NCBI GenBank assembly: GCA_016930515.1
Contig: JAFGGO010000050.1
Location: forward strand, 1-38,525
Direction: 5' to 3'
DNA length: 38,525 nucleotides
Source: Promethearchaeota archaeon
GTDB lineage: Archaea > Asgardarchaeota > Lokiarchaeia > Sigyniarchaeales > SOKP01
The position numbers and the translations under genes were made by a program. Position 1 is the first letter of the stretch. The number at the start of each line of letters is the position of its first letter. Shown here piece by piece: positions 28,972 to 35,829 of the stretch. Under the pieces are notes generated by a model. The model was not told the origin of the DNA, did not search any database, and saw only the letters and a list, made by a program, of their open reading frames with translations.

Positions 28972-30165
28972 TTGAAAATGATTGCAAAACAAATGCAATA
29001 TGTTGGACCAAGAGCCATATTTGATCCCAATTTTGTTCCTCCAAAATTACTATATCGAAAAAAGGAAGAGGTTTCGATATATTCAATGTTGCGCGATTCA
29101 CTATCAGACAATTACAACATGAACATGTTATTTCAGGGGATAGACGGGATTGGAAAGAAAGTTCTCGTCCAAAAAGTAGTCAGGGACTTGATAAGCAAGG
29201 TCGAAGATGTTACTTCCGTAAGTAAATTCTGCGTAGACTGCAGGGAAAAAACTTTTGAAGACGTCCTTATTTCAATGCTCTCACAAATCTTAAAAAAATT
29301 GGATTTAAGCTTGGAAATGAACGCGGTACTTAATTCGACACCTTCTCGTCTTTGGACTCTTTATAAACTTGCGTGCAAAAAACTAGGCCGTACATCGCTC
29401 GTGATTCTTAATAACATCGAATATTTGAAACCAGAAAAATACAAAAAATTTCTCTCGAGCGCCAAGGAAATTAATGTGTCCTTAATTTCAACCGTAAATC
29501 GGATCTTGAGACCTTCCACAATCGACCTCCTCCCCGAATTTGATTTTAAAAAAAAACTTCGATTTTTCTCGTATAAAGAACTTAACTCAATTTTAAGACA
29601 AAGAGCGCGCTTAACATTTGCAAAGGAAATTGATAGAGATGTTATCGACTTTATTGCAGATGTTACCTTTGAACACCATATCCCTGTACCTGGAAAGGGG
29701 ATTGAAGTGTTTCGAGAATGTTATCCCCTTCTTAAATCAAATTCGACCATTGATTTAAACGAAATGCTTGATGTTTGCAAAAATCAGTTCGATTCCTTCC
29801 GAATGTCAGACGACTTTGGAGTACTTTCCTATCTCGCGGAAGAAGATCTCTTGACAATAATATTTCTTGATAATTTATCCAATCATTTCCTTAAAAAAGC
29901 AAAATTTTATGTTTCTTCTACCGAACTCCGGGAACTATACGATATTTCGTGTGAATCACTCGAATATAGGAAGAACACGCCCGAATACGATTCGTTAATT
30001 CATAAATTCGTAAATGTGGGGATTTTAAGCCTTTCTCGAAAACCACGCATCTCTCCCAATTACTCATTTAAAACAAGAAATGCGGTAGATAACGACTCGT
30101 ATTTCATGATAATTTGTCCACATCAGCTCAAATCCATCGTTGATGTCATCTTCGGAAAATTATAG
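28972..30165 (+). CDS. Cdc6/Orc1-family AAA+ protein with degenerate ATPase motifs
   Basis: FDPNFVPPKLLYRKKE N-terminal signature. Walker A GIDGIGKK, Walker B ILNNIE, FSYKELNSILRQRA. C-terminal winged helix (LRELYDISCE...FVNVGIL). Confidence 0.8.
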   Translation: MKMIAKQMQYVGPRAIFDPNFVPPKLLYRKKEEVSIYSMLRDSLSDNYNMNMLFQGIDGIGKKVLVQKVVRDLISKVEDVTSVSKFCVDCREKTFEDVLISMLSQILKKLDLSLEMNAVLNSTPSRLWTLYKLACKKLGRTSLVILNNIEYLKPEKYKKFLSSAKEINVSLISTVNRILRPSTIDLLPEFDFKKKLRFFSYKELNSILRQRARLTFAKEIDRDVIDFIADVTFEHHIPVPGKGIEVFRECYPLLKSNSTIDLNEMLDVCKNQFDSFRMSDDFGVLSYLAEEDLLTIIFLDNLSNHFLKKAKFYVSSTELRELYDISCESLEYRKNTPEYDSLIHKFVNVGILSLSRKPRISPNYSFKTRNAVDNDSYFMIICPHQLKSIVDVIFGKL

Positions 30166-30270
30166 CAATTGATATTTCTCTTCATAATATTTTTCCTAAA
30201 ACTTTTTTTAAAAAATCTGCTATATTCATATTATCATAATGGACTAAGTGTTGAAAAATGGAGGCTTATT

Positions 30271-33200
30271 TTGACCTGGATTTCTAAAATCTCCATGTCG
30301 GGATTCAAATCGTTTGGAGAAAGAACGGTAACAATCAGACTTTCGAGCGGATTTACTTGTATCGTTGGTCCGAACGGAGCAGGAAAGTCAAATATCATTG
30401 ACGCCCTTTGTTTTTGCTTGGGTAGGTTAAGTAAAAAAACAATGAGGGCAAAAAGTTTAGAAGACCTCATCTTTGCGGGAGCGAAGGGAAAAAACCCATC
30501 CAATCGAGCATCTGTTACTATTTATTTTGATAATAGGGAAAAACTATTTCCAGGAGAAGGTGATTCTTTTAGCATAACGAGGACGATCAAGAGAGGTGGT
30601 GGTGGTGGCTACAAGATGAACGGTGAAAAAGTCACTCGCCAGCAGATTCTCAACGCCTTAGCAGCAGCGAACATTGACCCTGAAGGAAGCAACCAATTTG
30701 TCCTCCAAGGTAAGATCGTCGAGCTCACGCATATGAATGCCGAAGATAGACGCAAGTTTATCGAGGAACTCATTGGACTTCAAAAATACGACGATATGAA
30801 GAATGCAACCATGAAAGAACTGGAAAAGGCGGAGCGAGATCTCGGTCAATTTGAAGCCATATTCAAGGAAGTTTCAACCCAACTCCAAAAAGTCGAAAAA
30901 GAAAAAAACGATGCTCTTGCTTGGAAGGAATTAGAAGAAAAAATAAATTTATATAACGCTCAACTTATCGCTATAAAGATCACTAAGCTCAGGAAAGAAG
31001 AAGACGAGCTCGAAGCCAGTATCGAGGAATCTCAAAAAGTTATTGAAGAACTCGAGGAAAAAATCACGCATCAAGAGGATCTCATGAAGCAAGAATCCTT
31101 AGTAATGGATGGCATCCAAAGTACCATTACTGAAAAGGAAAACGAGCGAGAACAGATAAAAGAAAGCATAACGCAGATAAAAACGCAATTATCCTCCAAT
31201 AAAACAACATTGAGTTACTCCAAAAACACCATTGAAAAACTCACGCAGGACATTGAAAACCTGAAAAGTAAGCAAATTGTACTTGAAGAGGGTCAAACTC
31301 TTGATGGGCTTATTGAAAACGCTTCTAAGGAAAACGAAAATATTGAAAATAACATCGAAACCGCTAAACAAGAAATAGAGAAGAGCCAGGAAAGCCAAGC
31401 GGAGTTTGATTCAAAGATCAAGAGTAGCGAAAGCGATAAGTCCAACTTGAAAGCAGAAATCTCGAAGATAAAACAGAAAATATCATCAAACAACGCTCAG
31501 ATTAAAATTCTAAGGGAAAATATCGTCAAGAACGAGTCAAAAAGAGAGAAACTCCAACAAGAGCTCGATCGACTCAAGGGAGATGCCGAGGGGATTGACG
31601 AGGCAATAAAGCAGGCAAGAGATGTTGAAAACTCTATTAGAAAAAATATAGATGATCTAAACAAGAAGGTATCAGAAGAAAATCAGAAACAAAAAGACCT
31701 TGAACGAAAAATAAACGATACACAGGAAAAAAAAAACCAACTGGCAAGAAAGATCTCAGACTTTCAAGCTACGCTTTCTTCTGCGAACACGGAAGTAAAA
31801 ATGAACCTCGACCGGATTGAGAACCTTAACAAGCAAAAAGCGTCCATTGAGGCGAAGATAAAGGACTTAAGTAAGGGAAAAGATTCCGAAGAGGCGTTAA
31901 AAGCCTTACTCAAGGAGAAGGAAGCGATAACATCCGTACTGGGGGGGTTGAAACAAAGGGCTAAAGAAGAAGACTCCGTTTTTAGGAAAAACGAGAAAGA
32001 ACTGGAACTCAAGGAGATGCAACAGTCAGCATTGATTACTGAAATCAACGATCATAAGGGTAAGATTAATAACATTAATACCGAACTCAAATTGCTCAAG
32101 AAAGAATACACGGGGCTAGAACGAGAAAAAAAAGACTTAGAGATGAAGGTTGACTCAATTAGTAAGACGAATACGACTATTGAATCGGAATTTGAAACGC
32201 TCAATATTAAAAAGGACAACATCACTCGAAGAATAGAGGAATTAAATGAGGAAAAGAATGGAGTGCTAAAGCGCATTGAAAGCTCCGAAGAGGATTACGA
32301 GCGCAACAAGGACGACATTTCTGGCGTCCTTCAAATCCTTAACATGCTTACTCAGAACATCAGCATTTCCGTTGACTCCATCAAGGGGGACATACAACTT
32401 TCAAATGCCGAATCTATAGAAGTATCAGCGGGAAAGTTCCGAGATTTTATTAAGGACATCATCGAGATTATGAGAACTTTACAGGATGTAGATGTTGACG
32501 CCAAGGAAGGGGATGAGTCTGGAATGCTCCTTAATTCCATTGTAACTACTTTAAATATATTTACGGAAAACGCAGATGGCACCATTGAACAGCTCATTGA
32601 GAAGGTTAAACTTTCGTCTGATGTTGCCATTCAAGAATCTACTTCAAAATTCGACACGTTCGTTCAGGACTTGATGGATATCTTACAAACAGTTCCTATT
32701 TCGCTCAAGAAGTTAACATTGTCGAAAGGCCAGGAACTTTACAAGCAACTCGAGGAGATCTCTGATAGCATCAAGTCGCAATCGGACGATCTGACTGAAG
32801 TCGAAAAGAAAAGGACCGAACTTGACATCAAGCTCAAGCACGACACGGAGAATCTTTTAGCGTATAAAAGAAGGCTTGAAGAAATCGACAAGAGGATACA
32901 AGACCTCAACGCAAAGATCGCTAAGTCGGATGATGAAATAAACGAGAGGGCAGAAAGCGTCAATAATAAGCAGGAGGACGTCCAAAAGTTCGAGAACGAT
33001 GTCATGGCCCTCAAGAAAACGAAAGAAGAATATTGGGAGAAAATCTCTAAAATCCAAGAAGAAATCGACGCCAAACAAAAGGAATTCGATGAATTCCAAA
33101 ACAAACTCCAAGAACTTAAGGGTATTCAAAATCTATTCGAACGAATTGACGAGATTAACGAAAATATTGGTGCTCTCAATACCACGATAGAGGAAAAGAA

Positions 33201-34773
33201 AAAAGCCGTACTGGACATCGAAACTAGCTCTAAAAATGTAGAAGCAGAGCAAGAGACGCTTCAAAAAGAGATTAATGGTTTGAATTCTGATAAAGAACAA
33301 TTCTGGGTCGTGACAGAGGATCTGCGAAAGAAAAAGGAAGGAGAAAGCAAGAAATTAGAAGAAGTTATCGACCGCATCCGTGGCTTGGAAAACGTGATGA
33401 GGATCATCACGTCTATCGAGGATTTAACGAAAGAAAACGAGGAAGCAAGTGCTAACATACAAACGAGTGATAAGGAGATCGAAACTCTCAACGCTCAGGT
33501 AGACGGCATTCAAGCTAAGGTTGATGAGGTACAGGGCGTAATCGACTCTTTATCAGAAGAAAAATCGAAAGAAATCGATGTTCAAAAAGGCGCTCAAAAG
33601 AAACTCAATGACCTTAATAAGGAACTCCAGAAATCTCAAAGCAGGCTCAACGAGCTAAACAAGAACAAGGAACGACAACAACAAATAGTTACGTTGGGTG
33701 AGGAAATAAAGGCAACTGAGAAAAGCCTTGAAAATGTCGTCCAGGAAATAGAATCCTTGGAAGGAGGGCTGAGTGAAAAGAATACCGTCTTGGACGAAAA
33801 GCAAGAGGAAATTAATAAATACCTCGCAGAAAAGGACGAATCGTGGAAGAAGCAAAAGCAATACCAAAAAGCGTACACCGACCTAAAAAGCGACCTATCG
33901 CTCGAAAGTTCCAAATTAAACAATTTTGAGTCTAAAAAAATCATTTGCAACGACCAAATTGAGGCCCTGTTCCATCGATCCAAGGATTACGGTGCCATAC
34001 CACAAGTGACCGAGGACCTTACCGAGGAAGGGCTCCAGTCGGACATTGAATTATCAACGAAAAAGAAGAAAGCGCTCGAACCGGTCAACCTCAAGGCGAT
34101 AGATCAGTACGATGTGGTCAAGGAACGGTTTGACGAGATCGACATGCGTCGTCAGACCATACAACGAGAACGAAAAGCTATATTAGACGCTATCGAGAAG
34201 ATCGAGCTTGAAAAGACGAGATCGTTCATGAAAGCCTATCACGAGATCAATCGGGAGTTTTCGCGCATTTTTCAGAAGCTCTCGCCTGGTGGATCGGCAA
34301 AAATGATTCTCGATAGACCCGATTCGCCGTTCGAAGGTGGAATTTCGATTGAAGCTCGACCCAGAGGTAAGAAAATCAGTTCGCTTGAAATTTTAAGTGG
34401 TGGTGAGAAAACGCTCGTGGCGCTCTCGTTCATATTTGCCGTGCAGGAGTTTTACCCCGCTCCGTTTTACGTAATGGATGAAATTGATGCGGCCTTGGAC
34501 GGTCCCAACGTGCATCGCGTCTCAACCGTGATTCAGGAGTTTTCTAGTCAAGCACAGTTCCTTGTCATCAGTCACCGTGAAGAAAACATCGTCAACTCCG
34601 ACAGAATTTACGGAGTCGCCATGCAACAAAGTGGCATTACCGACATCTTCAGTGTCGATCTGGAACAAGAAGCAAAACGCCTCCTTGAGATAGAAGAGGA
34701 TCAGAAAGAAGGGGAAGAGGAAAGTGAAGATGAAACTTCAGACGATAATGAGGATAACCTTAGCGATGAATAA
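30271..34773 (+). CDS. smc: SMC-family ATPase, unusually long (~1500 aa) and lacking a canonical hinge
   Basis: GFKSF, Walker A GPNGAGKSN, Q-loop VLQG, PVNLKAI, signature LSGGEK, Walker B/D-loop MDEIDAALD and H-loop ISH. Start placed at TTG 30271 after GGAGG (30260-30264). Confidence 0.92.
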   Translation: MTWISKISMSGFKSFGERTVTIRLSSGFTCIVGPNGAGKSNIIDALCFCLGRLSKKTMRAKSLEDLIFAGAKGKNPSNRASVTIYFDNREKLFPGEGDSFSITRTIKRGGGGGYKMNGEKVTRQQILNALAAANIDPEGSNQFVLQGKIVELTHMNAEDRRKFIEELIGLQKYDDMKNATMKELEKAERDLGQFEAIFKEVSTQLQKVEKEKNDALAWKELEEKINLYNAQLIAIKITKLRKEEDELEASIEESQKVIEELEEKITHQEDLMKQESLVMDGIQSTITEKENEREQIKESITQIKTQLSSNKTTLSYSKNTIEKLTQDIENLKSKQIVLEEGQTLDGLIENASKENENIENNIETAKQEIEKSQESQAEFDSKIKSSESDKSNLKAEISKIKQKISSNNAQIKILRENIVKNESKREKLQQELDRLKGDAEGIDEAIKQARDVENSIRKNIDDLNKKVSEENQKQKDLERKINDTQEKKNQLARKISDFQATLSSANTEVKMNLDRIENLNKQKASIEAKIKDLSKGKDSEEALKALLKEKEAITSVLGGLKQRAKEEDSVFRKNEKELELKEMQQSALITEINDHKGKINNINTELKLLKKEYTGLEREKKDLEMKVDSISKTNTTIESEFETLNIKKDNITRRIEELNEEKNGVLKRIESSEEDYERNKDDISGVLQILNMLTQNISISVDSIKGDIQLSNAESIEVSAGKFRDFIKDIIEIMRTLQDVDVDAKEGDESGMLLNSIVTTLNIFTENADGTIEQLIEKVKLSSDVAIQESTSKFDTFVQDLMDILQTVPISLKKLTLSKGQELYKQLEEISDSIKSQSDDLTEVEKKRTELDIKLKHDTENLLAYKRRLEEIDKRIQDLNAKIAKSDDEINERAESVNNKQEDVQKFENDVMALKKTKEEYWEKISKIQEEIDAKQKEFDEFQNKLQELKGIQNLFERIDEINENIGALNTTIEEKKKAVLDIETSSKNVEAEQETLQKEINGLNSDKEQFWVVTEDLRKKKEGESKKLEEVIDRIRGLENVMRIITSIEDLTKENEEASANIQTSDKEIETLNAQVDGIQAKVDEVQGVIDSLSEEKSKEIDVQKGAQKKLNDLNKELQKSQSRLNELNKNKERQQQIVTLGEEIKATEKSLENVVQEIESLEGGLSEKNTVLDEKQEEINKYLAEKDESWKKQKQYQKAYTDLKSDLSLESSKLNNFESKKIICNDQIEALFHRSKDYGAIPQVTEDLTEEGLQSDIELSTKKKKALEPVNLKAIDQYDVVKERFDEIDMRRQTIQRERKAILDAIEKIELEKTRSFMKAYHEINREFSRIFQKLSPGGSAKMILDRPDSPFEGGISIEARPRGKKISSLEILSGGEKTLVALSFIFAVQEFYPAPFYVMDEIDAALDGPNVHRVSTVIQEFSSQAQFLVISHREENIVNSDRIYGVAMQQSGITDIFSVDLEQEAKRLLEIEEDQKEGEEESEDETSDDNEDNLSDE
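32338..32694 (+). repeat. Tandem protein-level repeat (two 48-aa units, 71-aa period) at the SMC apex
   Basis: LNMLTQN...LS....I..S..KF..F..D...I..T at 32338 aligns without gaps to LNIFTEN...LS....I..S..KF..F..D...I..T at 32551; 14 of 48 residues identical. Confidence 0.8.
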
Positions 34774-34829
34774 ACCTTATTTGGGGCAAATTTTTCCTCA
34801 TTCGCATGGTTTTTTATTTAAACTAATGA

Positions 34830-35021
34830 CTATTTTAAGTTCCTTAAATTTATTCTTAAATTGGAAAGATCAATTTCTTCAGGTTGTTTTTTAAAAAGAT
34901 TCGATATTTTCTCTTCTAATTCCTTGATAGATAAGAATTTCATTGAATCTTCTATTGTAATCAGGCTTGGAACAATAAATTTTTCTTCATTTAATATGTT
35001 ATTATCCTTCATTTCAACCAT
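34830..35021 (-). CDS. Small hypothetical protein
   Basis: 63-aa ORF filling the gap between smc and the HNH gene; no motif. Confidence 0.35.
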   Translation of the reverse strand: MVEMKDNNILNEEKFIVPSLITIEDSMKFLSIKELEEKISNLFKKQPEEIDLSNLRINLRNLK

Positions 35022-35151
35022 TTAGAAGCGTAATATTTTCTATAATAATATTGAACATTTTGTTTTTAAACTCCTATTTATAATTTCCCTAATAAAAATT
35101 GAGTTTCAATTCTTTACCAGGTTATTTTAAATAGGAAAGGCGGAATCATAT

Positions 35152-35607
35152 TTGTTAAGACAAGTATTAATTCAAGAGTGGGCGCGAATGGGAGGTACAT
35201 CTCGTAAAAAACACGAAAGAAAACATGAGAAAAGAATTAATAAAGAAAAACAAAAGGATAAGAAATTTATTTACGGGAGGAATGAGATGTGGCGTAAATA
35301 TTTCGACTGGTATTACATTGAAACCTTAAACAAAGGCTTGGGAGTGAGTAAAAAAAATAGTTACGTGGATTCTAACGGGTATTTACGATGGAAGGCCAAC
35401 GATCGCTTGGTCCATCGCGATATCGCCAAACAATGCATTTATAATAAAAAATCGTTTGCCCTACCATTCTCTTGCTACGAAGTTCACCATAAAAACAGAA
35501 ACGAGCTCGATAACAATCTGAGTAACCTCGAAATCCTAAACCCCGAAGAGCACGCTCTCGTTCACGCAGGGGAAAAAAAAAAAGAAAAAACAAAAAAAGC
35601 ACGATAA
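35152..35607 (+). CDS. HNH endonuclease-family protein
   Basis: NGYLR...LVHRDIA...EVHHKNRNELDNNLSNLEIL..EEH motif typical of HNH_3-type domains. Confidence 0.85.
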   Translation: MLRQVLIQEWARMGGTSRKKHERKHEKRINKEKQKDKKFIYGRNEMWRKYFDWYYIETLNKGLGVSKKNSYVDSNGYLRWKANDRLVHRDIAKQCIYNKKSFALPFSCYEVHHKNRNELDNNLSNLEILNPEEHALVHAGEKKKEKTKKAR

Positions 35608-35829
35608 GAAAAAAGAAAAAAAAGCAGCATACCAGAATGATCCGAAATACATGAGGATCGCTAAGGCAGATTACAAGTAAAGGGAAAAGCACGAGTTAAT
35701 CTACCTTGATGGTGAGTATAAGCGTTGGTATCCAGTAAAAGATTTATTAGTGCGAGACGGATATATTTACACTCCTCGATGGGCAATAAAAAAAAATAAA
35801 AATGATCATTTTAAAGATCTTTATATTTT

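Noticed and set aside
30169-30270. N-terminal hydrophobic extension on SMC in the ORF track
   Set aside because: It is translated AT-rich intergenic DNA. GGAGG followed by TTG at 30271 gives the standard SMC N-terminus.
28972-35607. Wadjet/Lamassu-type SMC defence operon
   Set aside because: No JetA/B/D or LmuA/C-like partners are present, the head motifs are of the canonical Smc type, and the HNH gene is separated and probably unrelated.
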